Shown in pieces: positions 38,801 to 48,374 of a DNA stretch of 64,000 nucleotides. A model generated the notes under the pieces. That model worked only from the letters and a program-made list of their open reading frames with translations, was not told the DNA's origin and searched no databases. This stretch comes from an uncultured Bacilli bacterium (lineage in GTDB: Bacteria; Bacillota_I; Bacilli_A; RF39; UBA660). A program made the position numbers and the translations under genes. Numbering within the stretch: position 1 is the stretch's first letter; every line of letters starts with the position of its first letter. The DNA is taken from positions 7,115-71,114 of the forward strand of contig CALVXM010000003.1 of the NCBI GenBank assembly GCA_944371305.1. The letters run 5' to 3'.

Positions 38801-39201
38801 GTCATTCTAGCTGCATAAATATCTTGATGATCGCCTAATATCGATAAGGCATGGGTCGATAAACTACGAGCTGCTACATGCATAAGACAAGGCAACATTT
38901 CACCAGCCATTTTATACATATTAGGAATCATTAATAATAATCCTTGACTAGCTGTATAAGTACTAGCTAAAATTCCTGACCTTAAAAGACCATGTACTAA
39001 ACCGCTAGCTCCAGCTTCACTTTGCATCTCAATTACTTGAACCTTATCACCAAATATATTAGTTAATCCCTCATTGCTCCAATTATCGATGTGTTCAGCC
39101 ATTGGACTAGAGGGTGTTATTGGATAAATTCCTGCTATTTCAGTTAATAAATAAGAAGCACGACTACAAGCTTCATTACCATCAATTATAACTTTTTTCA
39201 A
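35878..39201 (-). CDS. nifJ: Pyruvate:ferredoxin (flavodoxin) oxidoreductase
   Basis: PFOR N-terminus MKKVIIDGNEACSRASYLL...ITPSSPM. Two 4Fe-4S motifs (CIKCNMCSFVCPHG, CTGCGLCIKSC). TPP-binding C-terminal domain. 1107 aa. Confidence 0.92.
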   Translation of the reverse strand: MKKVIIDGNEACSRASYLLTEIAGIYPITPSSPMAEHIDNWSNEGLTNIFGDKVQVIEMQSEAGASGLVHGLLRSGILASTYTASQGLLLMIPNMYKMAGEMLPCLMHVAARSLSTHALSILGDHQDIYAARMTGFNMLASSNVADANYLGVVAHLSAIESSLPFMHFFDGFRTSHELQKINVLERDDIKDLINYDKLQEFRNKAINPNNPKTYGTSQSDDIYFQATEIRNSYYDKVPDIVNSYMEKINKITGSNYQPFNYYGSNKASKVIVAMGSVCETIKEVIDDLDEDLGLVEVHLYRPFSANYLKKVLPDTVSKIAVLDRTKEFGSEGPLYLDVCSVLKDKNIKIVGGRYGLSSKNTAPSQIKAVYDMLDNPINNFTIGIIDDVTNLSLKEQNYKINNGLEMLIYGYGSDGMVSASKSIIKLVGKNTDKYVQGYFQYDSKKSGGVTNCHLRFSDKPIRATYYVDNPSLVVVTKDTYMNDFDILSNIKENGIFILNTTKTENEVNSFLDNDTKKIIKDKNIQIYIINAYELARKVGLGNKISTIMEVIIFYLSNLVDFTKIKTDLKDDVNKRFGLKSESIVTANIEAIDLATTYLKKIELQNDFKQEEKPKYIDIYLAMRKRLGDKLPVSSFNEMPDGAFRPGTSKEEKRCISDIVPKWISSNCIKCNMCSFVCPHGVIRPYQLSDEEYENAPNYIKERCVDKFIIGISVKDCTGCGLCIKSCLSKEKSLIFSKLVDEEQEQKIFDYLSKNITCKETNLNNVKNTQFREPKIEFSGACAGCGQPAYIKLLTQLFGDSMIIANATGCSSIYGASAPSTPYTIPWASSLFEDNAEYGFGFVQADKYNKAKIVKIMSKYPEFKEYIENINDYNITKKYYDTIDFNKYPELLPYKDYIVRRNIWMIGGDGWAYDIGFSGIDHVLASGENVKILVLDTQVYSNTGGQSSKATPIGSVALFASSGKKTNKKDLAKMMMAYPHVYVAQVSLSANPMQLIKAFNEANSYNGPAIIIAYAPCISHGIMGGMSNSLEMEKEAVKCGYFPIFRRNPLTKFSLDCNPDFSLYEEFLNKQTRYTVLNKINNEADELLKLNKENAIKTYEYYKKLSEE

Positions 39202-39848
39202 ATCAAATCACCTACTTAATTATACTATAATTTAAAATAAAAAGTAAACTAAATTCGTTTACCTAATATCTTCTCATCGCTCATTAAAGTAGTTTCACCA
39301 ACTAAAGAGTTTTTAACTAAAGTAGCATTATCTACAGGTTTTTTTCTAATTTGAAGAGGAAAAAAATCTTCACCTAACTCTCTTAATAACAATTCTTCTT
39401 TTTTACTTAATATTTCTTTATTATATTTATGTCTTTGTGTCTGTCGCCAATTACTACGATTTATTCCTCTATACACATCGTTTTCATCCATTTGACAACA
39501 TTCTTTACTTTTATTAACAAATAATCATTTATTAATTTAATCATTTCAATAAATGATAAACCAATAATATAAGGTGAATCTATTTTTTGATGGTTTTAAC
39601 AACATTTTGTTGCAGCTTAAAAATTTTTAAAACTTCTTTATCTTCAATATTTAAATGTTTTAAAATATAATTTCTTTATCACTAATTGAATCAATTATAA
39701 AACTATCTATTTTACCTTTTAAAAGAGATAAAATTTGTTATTTTATCTGATAGAGAATATCATCATTTTTCACATAAAACTAATTTATAAATCTTTTGAA
39801 TTTGCACTTTTTTTCGATTATGCTATAATATTCTGAGGGGATGATATT

Positions 39849-40661
39849 ATGAAATTTCATAAAATAAATTATAAAGGAATTGCTTGTGTGTTATTATCTA
39901 GTTTTATTGTTGTTAGTCTATCAGGTTGTTCTAAGGAAAATAATTCAAAACAATATGACGAACCTAATTATAAAGTAACTGAACAATATGAAAAAGAAAA
40001 TATAACTGAAGAAAGTAAAGAAGAAATAAAAAAAGAGGAATCTTCAAGTAGTACAACTTCAAGTGTCAAAGAAGATGCTAGTTCTAAAACAGATTCTAAA
40101 AAAAACACTACTTCAACTTCTAAAGAAACTACCTCAAATCAAATTGAATATAGCGCCAAAGATAAAGAAGCTATTACTGCTTTCAATTCTTTAAAAGAAA
40201 ATGTTGATCAAGTTTTAAATAGTGAATCTGTTACTAGTGCGAAAGATAAAGCTAAAGGTGCTTTTATAACAGTGGTTGACTTCCTATTTTACGATAGTGA
40301 AATTAACGGTGTTACTTTTGATGAATTAACTGATGCCGGAAAACAACAAGTATTAAAAATAGCAAATTCAATTGACACTAAAATCGAAAGTAAATTTCCA
40401 GGATACAAAGAAACAATATCTGAAACAACAAAAAAAGCTTTTAATAAAGCTAGCGAACTAATTAAAAAGGGCGCAAACAACGTCAAAGATTTTGCTAAAG
40501 ATAAATTAGGGGAAGAAAATTATGATGCTATTGTCGACGCTAAAGATGATATTGTTTATTACACTAAAAAAGCGGTTGATATTATCGGCGATGTCGGAAG
40601 TGAATTATTTGACAAAGGAAAAGAATATATAAAAAATTGGTATGAAAATTTTAAAAATTAA
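39849..40661 (+). CDS. Lipoprotein with S/T/K/E-rich low-complexity linker
   Basis: Signal peptide with lipobox LSGC. Promoter-like TTGAAT...TGCTATAAT upstream. SD GAGGGGA. Confidence 0.7.
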   Translation: MKFHKINYKGIACVLLSSFIVVSLSGCSKENNSKQYDEPNYKVTEQYEKENITEESKEEIKKEESSSSTTSSVKEDASSKTDSKKNTTSTSKETTSNQIEYSAKDKEAITAFNSLKENVDQVLNSESVTSAKDKAKGAFITVVDFLFYDSEINGVTFDELTDAGKQQVLKIANSIDTKIESKFPGYKETISETTKKAFNKASELIKKGANNVKDFAKDKLGEENYDAIVDAKDDIVYYTKKAVDIIGDVGSELFDKGKEYIKNWYENFKN

Positions 40662-40671
40662 TACCAATTTT

Positions 40672-41223
40672 TTATTTATCAATTATTTCTACTTCATCAC
40701 CATTTTTAAGTAAAAAAGCATTAGCATCATCTGTATCTAAATGAAGTTCAAAATATGCCTCATCACTGGGTTTGATATTTACTGCGATAATTCCCTGTTT
40801 CTCACCATCTATTTTTATATTTACTTTATCCGGTAAATGATATTTTTCTTTATCTTCATATGTTATATGTATATGACGATCCGCAATAATACAACCATCT
40901 GTTTTGATACTACCATTAGGTCCAATTAATGTTACTATTTCACTATTATCTAAATTACCTGAACTACGAACTGGTGGATTCAAACCTAATTTGTAAGCAT
41001 CAGTCTTAGATATTTCAATTTGAGTATAATTACGAACTGGACCTAAAACTCTGACATTATTAATTTCTGATTTATCAGTCTTAATTGTCACAACCTCAAA
41101 AGAGGCAAATTGTCCTGGTTGTTTTAGATCACTCTTTTTAGTGAGTTCACAACCAAATAAAATATCTAAATCACTTTGTTTTAAATGAACATGATGATTA
41201 GATACGCCAACTGTTACTTTCAT
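40672..41223 (-). CDS. PduL/EutD-type phosphate acyltransferase (phosphotransacylase)
   Basis: Two PduL-type histidine motifs (VSNHHVHL near the N-terminus and DRHIHI in the second half), ~183 aa. Confidence 0.6.
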   Translation of the reverse strand: MKVTVGVSNHHVHLKQSDLDILFGCELTKKSDLKQPGQFASFEVVTIKTDKSEINNVRVLGPVRNYTQIEISKTDAYKLGLNPPVRSSGNLDNSEIVTLIGPNGSIKTDGCIIADRHIHITYEDKEKYHLPDKVNIKIDGEKQGIIAVNIKPSDEAYFELHLDTDDANAFLLKNGDEVEIIDK

Positions 41224-41293
41224 AAAATCACCTTTTATATTATATCATAAATTAATCACTAATTTAATATATTTTATATGAAAGGAGAATTTT

Positions 41294-41641
41294 ATGAACT
41301 ATTATAATCAATATAATGGTCAACCATTATATGTTAAACCTACCACTCCACCGGGAAATACTAATTATCAACAAATGGCATTACCAGCAGAACAATCATA
41401 TATTGAAAATATATTGAGATTAAATAAAGGCAAGAAAGTTAGAATTCATCAAACTTTTCCAGATTCTAATGAATGGCGTGACTTAGAATTTACAGGAATT
41501 ATCGAACAATCAGGACGTGACCATATTATTTTAAGTGATCCTTCGAATGGGGTCTGGGAAATGTTATTAATGATTTATGTTGACTATATTTCTTTTGATG
41601 AACCAATAAATTATAGCCCAGAATTTTATCCTAATAATTGA
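41294..41641 (+). CDS. GerQ-like spore coat protein family member (tentative)
   Basis: Y/Q/N/P-rich N-terminus, then EQSYIENILRLNKGKKV...GRDHIILSDP...LLMIYVDYISFDE, resembling my recollection of the GerQ (YwdL) conserved C-terminal domain. Confidence 0.35.
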   Translation: MNYYNQYNGQPLYVKPTTPPGNTNYQQMALPAEQSYIENILRLNKGKKVRIHQTFPDSNEWRDLEFTGIIEQSGRDHIILSDPSNGVWEMLLMIYVDYISFDEPINYSPEFYPNN

Positions 41642-41683
41642 TATTTTAAAAATTATTTGTTATAATGAATACGGTGAATGTAG

Positions 41684-42229
41684 ATGATGGTATTTTTTAT
41701 AACAATGATTATTTTAATTTTTATATGTTTAATTTTAGTTTGGTATGCAATAACATATAATAAATATCAAAATTTAATTATTAGAATTAATGAAGTAGAA
41801 GCAAATATCGATACTGTCTTAAGGAAAAGATTTGATTTATTAAATAAATCAATTAATATTATTAAAGGTAACATTAACATTGAAGGAGAAATTTTGGAAT
41901 TAATTGTCAAACTAAGAAGTAGAAAAATATCTAATTTTGATTTAGATCGACAATTATATGAAGCTATCAATGAATTCAATTATTATAAAGAAAACTACCC
42001 CGAATTAGAAAAAATAGATAGTTTAACTAAAATAGATTTATCTTTGAATGATAGCGAACATGAGATAACTGCTTTAAGAAAATACTATAACGATATAATA
42101 ACTGAATATAACAAACTAATTAGAAAATTTCCTAGTAATTTAATTGCTATAATAGCAAAATATAAAGAAAAAACTTATTATGATGGTAAGAACATGAACG
42201 ATGATATTACTAATGATTTTAAATTATAA
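41684..42229 (+). CDS. LemA family protein
   Basis: N-terminal TM, RKRFDLLNKSINIIKG, C-terminal FPSNLIA (compare LemA FPsNliA). Confidence 0.7.
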   Translation: MMVFFITMIILIFICLILVWYAITYNKYQNLIIRINEVEANIDTVLRKRFDLLNKSINIIKGNINIEGEILELIVKLRSRKISNFDLDRQLYEAINEFNYYKENYPELEKIDSLTKIDLSLNDSEHEITALRKYYNDIITEYNKLIRKFPSNLIAIIAKYKEKTYYDGKNMNDDITNDFKL

Positions 42230-42235
42230 AACAGT

Positions 42236-42652
42236 TCATTTTTTAGAACTGTTTTTCCTTTTCTTTAATATCAATAATACAATTAAAAATAAGATAATGC
42301 CACCAATCATAACATAAATAACTTGATCATTTTTAACATTTTCTTCAACTTCAACCTCATCAGGATCAATTTTAATAATATATTCGCCATCTGAAGAATA
42401 TAAGAAATTTTCTTTGGCATATCTTGCCACATATTCTGGATCATTTAACTTTTCAATCTCAATTTTTAAATTAGCTTTCTCATCTTGTAAAGATACTAAT
42501 TCCTCTTTTAATTTTCCCTCTTCTTTTTTTAAAGATAGATAACTATAAGTATAGCTTATTAGAGTAACAAAAAAATACCCTATTGCTAAAATAGAAATAA
42601 TTCCAAATATCATTAATCTTCTTTTTGATTTTTTTGAAACTTTTCTCTTCAT
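42236..42652 (-). CDS. divIC: Septum formation initiator (DivIC/FtsB family)
   Basis: TM, coiled coil (LKEELVSLQDEKANLKIEIEKL), then DPEYVARYAKE (FtsB/DivIC signature). Position after yabP-yabQ matches the conserved operon. Confidence 0.6.
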   Translation of the reverse strand: MKRKVSKKSKRRLMIFGIISILAIGYFFVTLISYTYSYLSLKKEEGKLKEELVSLQDEKANLKIEIEKLNDPEYVARYAKENFLYSSDGEYIIKIDPDEVEVEENVKNDQVIYVMIGGIILFLIVLLILKKRKNSSKK

Positions 42653-42675
42653 GTCTATCCTCCTTTAAAATTATA

Positions 42676-42960
42676 TCATTTTTTAAATAATAATACAATT
42701 TTTTTTAATGCTTTTTTTATTACAATTTCTAGCAAAAATCCAATAATAAAAGCAATTATATAGTAAGGATGAATGATTGCATTATTTAAATTTAAAAGAC
42801 AAATGAAATAAATTAAAGAACTAATGATTATGATAAAGAATAATAAAATTGTATAAAATAATGTTTTTTTATTATAAAAAATATCGATTAACAAAGAAAA
42901 TATTATTCCAAAAAAAATTGAAAATAAGAAAGTTATAATTTGTGTTTTTAAACTCATCAT
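42676..42960 (-). CDS. yabQ: YabQ-like small membrane protein
   Basis: 94-aa polytopic hydrophobic protein located between yabP and divIC, as in the B. subtilis yabP-yabQ-divIC operon. Confidence 0.5.
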   Translation of the reverse strand: MMSLKTQIITFLFSIFFGIIFSLLIDIFYNKKTLFYTILLFFIIIISSLIYFICLLNLNNAIIHPYYIIAFIIGFLLEIVIKKALKKIVLLFKK

Positions 42961-43238
42961 TTAAACAATTTACTAAATACCCCTTCCTCTTTTTTAGTTC
43001 CATCAGTATAGCTTAAGCTAACTATTACACCTTTTATCGAAACATTTCCTTGATAAGTATCCAATTTTATAATTTCTAAATCTGTTCCTTTTATAACAAT
43101 ATTTCCCATTGTCGTTTCTAATAAAAATTCTTCATTATCAAAACTTTCAATTTTCTTTACTCCACTGATAATAATATTTTTTCTTTCGTTGATTGTAATA
43201 TTATGATTTAAATTAGCAATTGTTTCCATCTTGTCCAT
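42957..43238 (-). CDS. yabP: YabP family sporulation protein
   Basis: NITINERKNIIISGVKKIESFDNEEFLLETTMGNIVIKGTDLEIIKLD...GVIVSLSY matches the YabP pattern. Overlaps yabQ by 4 nt. Confidence 0.6.
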   Translation of the reverse strand: MDKMETIANLNHNITINERKNIIISGVKKIESFDNEEFLLETTMGNIVIKGTDLEIIKLDTYQGNVSIKGVIVSLSYTDGTKKEEGVFSKLFK

Positions 43239-43302
43239 AATTAGCCTCCTTAATAAAATATATGACCTTTTAATAATTTTATGTTATTAAAATTATTAAA
43301 AA

Positions 43303-43328
43303 AATTCAAACCTTTTAGTTTGAATTTG
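43303..43328 (-). terminator. Terminator downstream of aspS
   Basis: ATTCAAAC-cttttag-GTTTGAAT hairpin with an A-run (T-run on the minus strand). A second hairpin AGATGA-ttgata-TCATCT lies immediately 3' of the aspS stop (43425..43448). Confidence 0.5.
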
Positions 43329-43448
43329 CAATAACTATAATTTATCATGATTAAAAAATTAAAGTAATCATTGTATCAGTCATTTCCTATGTTCAATTAT
43401 ATATTATTTATTGACAAGATTTTATTAAATAAAAAAAGATGATTGATA

Positions 43449-45212
43449 TCATCTGATTTTAATATGTGCTTCTCTTAATTGTAGTTCACTTACTTCTGAA
43501 GGTGATCCCATCATTAAATCTTGTCCTGATGCACTCATCGGGAAAGCAATTGTTTCTCTTATTGAAGATTCTTCTTTTAACATCATAATCATTCGATCAA
43601 TTCCAGGTGCCATACCAGCATGTGGAGGAGCACCATATTGGAAAGCAGTATATAATGATTTAAATTTTTCTTTGATAACATCTTCAGAATAACCAGCTAA
43701 ATCAAAGGCTTTTTTCATAATTTCGATATCGTGATTTCTAACTGCTCCACTAGCCATCTCAACACCATTACAAACAAAATCAAATTGATAAGCTTTAATA
43801 TCTTCAATATTTTGATTATTTAAAGCTTCTAATCCGCCTTGTGGCATACTAAATGGATTATGCGAAAAATCATATTTATCTTCTTCCTCATTCCACTCAT
43901 ACATTGGAAAATCTTTAACAATACAAAATTCATATTTACTTTCATCAATAATTTCTAATTTTCGTCCCAATTCGTCTCTAATTAAGCCAGCATATTTGCA
44001 AGCTAATTTACGATCAGCAATAAAGAATATAACACTATTTGGTTTTAGATCAGCTAATTTTATTAATTCTTCTCTTTCATAATCAGATAAAAATTTATCG
44101 ATTGGTCCTGCAAAAGTCATATCTTCTAAAACTTTAAAATATCCGATTCCTGGCATTCCAATTGTTTTAGCATAATCTACCAATTCGTTAAACCAAGAAT
44201 TAGATTTATTAGCAATATCCAAAACTCTAATTGCTTTAACTGGAACACTTCTAAAAGGTTTAAATTCTGTATCACTAAATACTTCCGTAACATCGATAAT
44301 TTCTAAAGGATTTCTTAAATCTGGTTTATCAGTTCCATATTTTTCCATAGCTTCTTGATAAGATAATCTTCTAAATGGTTCGCTAGATATTTTTTTTGTT
44401 CCAAATTTAGTAAAAGTATCACGAAAAATATCTTCCCCTACTTTTAAGACATCTTCTTCAGTAGCAAATGCCATTTCTAAATCTAATTGATAAAATTCTC
44501 CATAGACACGATCACTTCTTGCATCTTCATCTCTAAAACATGGAGCGATTTGGAAGTACTTATCAAAGCCTGAACACATTAATAATTGTTTGAAAATCTG
44601 AGGTGCTTGCGGTAAAGCATAAAATTTACCATGAAATTTTCTCGATGGAACAATAAAATCACGTGCTCCTTCTGGTGATGAAGCAGTTAAAATAGGTGTT
44701 TGAATATCTAGATATCCTAAATCATTCATTTTATCACGCAAATATTTAATAACTTGTGATCTAAAAACAATACCATTATGAACTTTCGGATTTCTTAAAT
44801 CTAAATAACGATATTTTAATCTTACTTCTTCTGATACTTCTTTTGATGTTACAACTTCAAACGGTAAAACATTTTTAGCTTTACCTAAAACTTCTAAGCT
44901 GTCAATTAAAATTTCAATTTTTCCTGTGGCTATTTTATCATTATAATCTTCTTCATCTCTTTTTCGAACTACCCCAGTTAAAGTAACAGTACTTTCTCTA
45001 GTTAATCCATTAAAAATACTATCGTCGTTACTTACAACTTGAACAGTCCCTTTTTCATCTCTGATATCGACAAAAATTACCCCACCATGATCACGAATAT
45101 TTTCTATCCAACCAGCTATTTTAATTTTTTTATCAATATCTTTTTCACTAATTAATCCACAGTAATGATCTCTATATTGATTCATTTTATTACCTCTTTC
45201 TAATTTCTTCAT
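43449..45212 (-). CDS. aspS: Aspartyl-tRNA synthetase (likely non-discriminating, given operon context)
   Basis: Class II aaRS with OB-fold N-terminus (YRDHYCGLISEKD...). The true start may be the internal Met (MNQYRDHYCG). Overlaps gatB. Confidence 0.92.
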   Translation of the reverse strand: MKKLERGNKMNQYRDHYCGLISEKDIDKKIKIAGWIENIRDHGGVIFVDIRDEKGTVQVVSNDDSIFNGLTRESTVTLTGVVRKRDEEDYNDKIATGKIEILIDSLEVLGKAKNVLPFEVVTSKEVSEEVRLKYRYLDLRNPKVHNGIVFRSQVIKYLRDKMNDLGYLDIQTPILTASSPEGARDFIVPSRKFHGKFYALPQAPQIFKQLLMCSGFDKYFQIAPCFRDEDARSDRVYGEFYQLDLEMAFATEEDVLKVGEDIFRDTFTKFGTKKISSEPFRRLSYQEAMEKYGTDKPDLRNPLEIIDVTEVFSDTEFKPFRSVPVKAIRVLDIANKSNSWFNELVDYAKTIGMPGIGYFKVLEDMTFAGPIDKFLSDYEREELIKLADLKPNSVIFFIADRKLACKYAGLIRDELGRKLEIIDESKYEFCIVKDFPMYEWNEEEDKYDFSHNPFSMPQGGLEALNNQNIEDIKAYQFDFVCNGVEMASGAVRNHDIEIMKKAFDLAGYSEDVIKEKFKSLYTAFQYGAPPHAGMAPGIDRMIMMLKEESSIRETIAFPMSASGQDLMMGSPSEVSELQLREAHIKIR

Positions 45213-46623
45213 TTATAATTTCTAAAGTTTTAACAGGACTAGCCTGACCTTTAGTTTTTTTCATTACCTGACCAACGAAATAATTAGCCACGTAATCCTT
45301 ACCTTCTTTAAATTGGTTAACTACATCTTGATGTTCATCTAAAGCTTCATTAACAAATTTACGCAACACTTCATCATCATCAATTTGCGATAAATGTTCT
45401 TTTTCAATAATTGTAAGCGGTGATATTTTTTCATCCATAGATCGATATAATATTTTTTTGGCATTACCAACTGACAATTTGTTTTGTTCAATTAACTTAA
45501 TAATACCACTTAACATATCAGCAGTAACAAATAACTCTTCTAGTGATACTTCCAATTTATTTAAAGAACCTAATATAACTGTTGTAACCCAATTACATGC
45601 TTCTTTAGGATTGATGCCATTAGCAATTATAGCTTCAAAATAATCAGCAATTTCTTTATCTTTAACTAAAACGTTAGCGTCATAACTAGATAGTTGATAT
45701 TCATCAATGTATGTCTTATATCTTTCATATGGTAATTTAGGAATTTCTTTTCTTATTTCATCTAAATATTCTTTGGTTAATTTAACTGGCGGCATATTTG
45801 GTTCGATAAAATATTTATAATCCACCGCATCGACTTTTTCACGCATAGCATAAGTCTGCTTTGTATCGTCATCAAATCTTCTTGTTTCTTGAATAACTTT
45901 ATTGCCACTTTCCAAAACTTTAGTTTGTCTTTTTATTTCATATTCAATTGCTTCTTTAACATTAGAAAAAGAATTAATATTTTTCATTTCAACTTTGGTG
46001 CCAAACTCTTTAGCATTCTCTTCCATTAACGATATATTAACATCACATCTCATTTGACCTTTCTTAGAATCAGCTTCCGATACACCACAATATATGAAAA
46101 TATTTCTTAATGTTTCCAAAAATTTAACTGCTTCTTCTGAATTAGATATACAAGGTTCTGTTACTATTTCAATCAAAGGAATTCCTGATCTATTATAATC
46201 AATTAAAGAATAATTAGAATAATGATCTAATGAAGCAGTATCCTCTTCTAAGTGAAGCTGATGAATTAAAATATCTTTTTCATAATCATTCATAACTATT
46301 TTTAATGAACCATTTATTCCCATTGGTTTAGTAACTTGTGTAATTTGATAACCTTTAGGCAAATCAGGATAATAATAGTTTTTTCGATCAAATAATACTT
46401 CATCAGGATTAGTACAATTTAAAGCCATTGCCGTTTTTAATGCTTTTTTAACCGCTTCTTGGTTAACTACTGGCAATATACCAGGCAATCCTAAATCAAC
46501 AGTTGCCACATTAACATTAGGAATATTAGTATATTCATTCTTTGCTCTAGAAAAGTTTTTAGTATTTGTTTTTAATTCACAATGAACTTCTAATCCAATC
46601 ACTACTTTATACATTATCATCAC
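45190..46623 (-). CDS. gatB: Asp/Glu-tRNA(Asn/Gln) amidotransferase subunit B
   Basis: YKVVIGLEVHCEL... GatB N-terminal signature, 477 aa. Confidence 0.92.
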   Translation of the reverse strand: MMIMYKVVIGLEVHCELKTNTKNFSRAKNEYTNIPNVNVATVDLGLPGILPVVNQEAVKKALKTAMALNCTNPDEVLFDRKNYYYPDLPKGYQITQVTKPMGINGSLKIVMNDYEKDILIHQLHLEEDTASLDHYSNYSLIDYNRSGIPLIEIVTEPCISNSEEAVKFLETLRNIFIYCGVSEADSKKGQMRCDVNISLMEENAKEFGTKVEMKNINSFSNVKEAIEYEIKRQTKVLESGNKVIQETRRFDDDTKQTYAMREKVDAVDYKYFIEPNMPPVKLTKEYLDEIRKEIPKLPYERYKTYIDEYQLSSYDANVLVKDKEIADYFEAIIANGINPKEACNWVTTVILGSLNKLEVSLEELFVTADMLSGIIKLIEQNKLSVGNAKKILYRSMDEKISPLTIIEKEHLSQIDDDEVLRKFVNEALDEHQDVVNQFKEGKDYVANYFVGQVMKKTKGQASPVKTLEIINEEIRKR

Positions 46624-48058
46624 CTGCTATTATTCCTTTATATCCTAGCTTTTCTTCAATTTTATTAGCTATATTTAAAACTAAACCATCATTATTTTGA
46701 TTTCCTGTAATATTGATACTAATAGGCATTTTATTTACAAAACCACTTGGAATACTAATTGAAGGAAAACCTCCAAAATTACCGATAACCAAATGATTTT
46801 CTAAAATCAAATATTTATCGGATAACTTATCAGACGAATCTTCGAAATGAGGAGCAATTGTACCACTAGTAGGCATTATTAAACCATCGTAAGTTTTAAA
46901 TAGTTCAACCATCCTATCAACCACTAATCTTCTTACTCTTTGAGCGTTTTTAAATAATTTTTCTTGATTTTCTTTTTGTAAAATATAACTACCTAAAACA
47001 AAACGTCTTTTAATAAATTCTGAAAAACCTTTTGTTCTAGCATCAAACATAATTTCTTCAATTGAATTTCCTTCACCTCTTGGTCCAAATTGAATACCAG
47101 TTAAATTAGAATTATTACTAGTAGCTTCCGCACATGATATAGCCATATAAGTTGGATACAAAGCCATTAACAATTCTTTTGGAAATTCTACCTCTTCCAC
47201 TATTATACCCAATTCTTTTACTTTATCGATTGTTTCGTTAAATTTATTTAATACTTCTATTAATTCAGAATCATTTTTATCATAATTATTAGGATCACAT
47301 ACATCTTTAAAGTAAAATAATTTTCTACCTTTAACTTCATCATTAATTGAATCCTGTAATTTACCAACACTTTTTAAAGAAGTCATGTCGTGATGATCAT
47401 AACCTTTGATAATATCTGTTACAATAGCAGCATCTAAAACACTTCTTGTAAAACAACCAACGTGGTCTAAACTTGAAGCAAAAGCAAATAAACCATATCT
47501 TGAAATTAAACCATAAGTTGGCTTAAAACCCACAACTCCACCATAAGCAGCTGGTTTTCTAATTGAATCTCCAGTATCTGATCCAATACTAAAAGGCGTT
47601 ATACCTAAAGCAACACAAGAGGCGCTACCAGCTGATGAACCACCGATAGCTCTAGTTTCATCCCATGGGTTTTTAACAATACCAGTATTGCCTGTTGTAC
47701 CAGTTCCTCCCATTGCTAATTCATCTAAAGTAGTTTTACCTACTAATAAGGCACCAGAGTCTTTTAACTTTTTATAAACCGTCGCATCATAAACTGGAAC
47801 ATAATCTTTTAAAATATTTGAACAAGCTGTCGATAAAATACCTCTCGTTGAAAAATTATCTTTTAAAGCATACGGAATGTTATCTAAAATACTATTTGAT
47901 TTACGATGATTATATTTATCGATGATAGTTACAAATGAATTAATATTTTGATAATTATGCGCTAGTTTATTAGCTTCTTCAAATAATTGTTCACCTGTTA
48001 TTTCATTATTATCTAGACTCTTACGTAAATCTAAAATTGTCGATTTTCTATATTCCAT
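46607..48058 (-). CDS. gatA: Asp/Glu-tRNA(Asn/Gln) amidotransferase subunit A
   Basis: Amidase signature GGSSAGSASCVALG. Overlaps gatB. Confidence 0.92.
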   Translation of the reverse strand: MEYRKSTILDLRKSLDNNEITGEQLFEEANKLAHNYQNINSFVTIIDKYNHRKSNSILDNIPYALKDNFSTRGILSTACSNILKDYVPVYDATVYKKLKDSGALLVGKTTLDELAMGGTGTTGNTGIVKNPWDETRAIGGSSAGSASCVALGITPFSIGSDTGDSIRKPAAYGGVVGFKPTYGLISRYGLFAFASSLDHVGCFTRSVLDAAIVTDIIKGYDHHDMTSLKSVGKLQDSINDEVKGRKLFYFKDVCDPNNYDKNDSELIEVLNKFNETIDKVKELGIIVEEVEFPKELLMALYPTYMAISCAEATSNNSNLTGIQFGPRGEGNSIEEIMFDARTKGFSEFIKRRFVLGSYILQKENQEKLFKNAQRVRRLVVDRMVELFKTYDGLIMPTSGTIAPHFEDSSDKLSDKYLILENHLVIGNFGGFPSISIPSGFVNKMPISINITGNQNNDGLVLNIANKIEEKLGYKGIIAGDDNV

Positions 48059-48059
48059 T

Positions 48060-48374
48060 TTAATCCACCACCTTTGGAACTTTTACTTGATCTTTAGCTG
48101 TTGATTTAGCATTTTCAATAACTTCATCAACTGTTAAAACATCACGTTCATCAAATTCATCTAAACCTAATGAAGAGTTATTAGCATAAGGAAAAGTCAT
48201 TGGTTCAACTTTTTCGATTCCTTCAATTTGCCCAATTAAATCCATTTGTTTTAAAATGATAGAAAATTCTTCTTGTAAAGTCTCATATTCTTCATCTTTC
48301 ATATCAAACATTAACTTATTAGCATACTTCTTTAGTTTTTCTTTTTCAATCATAAAATTCATCCTTTCTATCAT
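48060..48374 (-). CDS. gatC: Asp/Glu-tRNA(Asn/Gln) amidotransferase subunit C
   Basis: 104 aa. C-terminal ...ENAKSTAKDQVKVPKVVD resembles GatC. Sits immediately upstream of gatA. Confidence 0.8.
   Translation of the reverse strand: MIERMNFMIEKEKLKKYANKLMFDMKDEEYETLQEEFSIILKQMDLIGQIEGIEKVEPMTFPYANNSSLGLDEFDERDVLTVDEVIENAKSTAKDQVKVPKVVD

Noticed and set aside
39249-39491. 80-aa ORF immediately upstream of PFOR
   Set aside because: No SD before its ATG. The region upstream shows only stop-interrupted fragments. It more likely lies in the PFOR 5'-UTR/promoter region or is a gene remnant. Kept as an unresolved possibility only.
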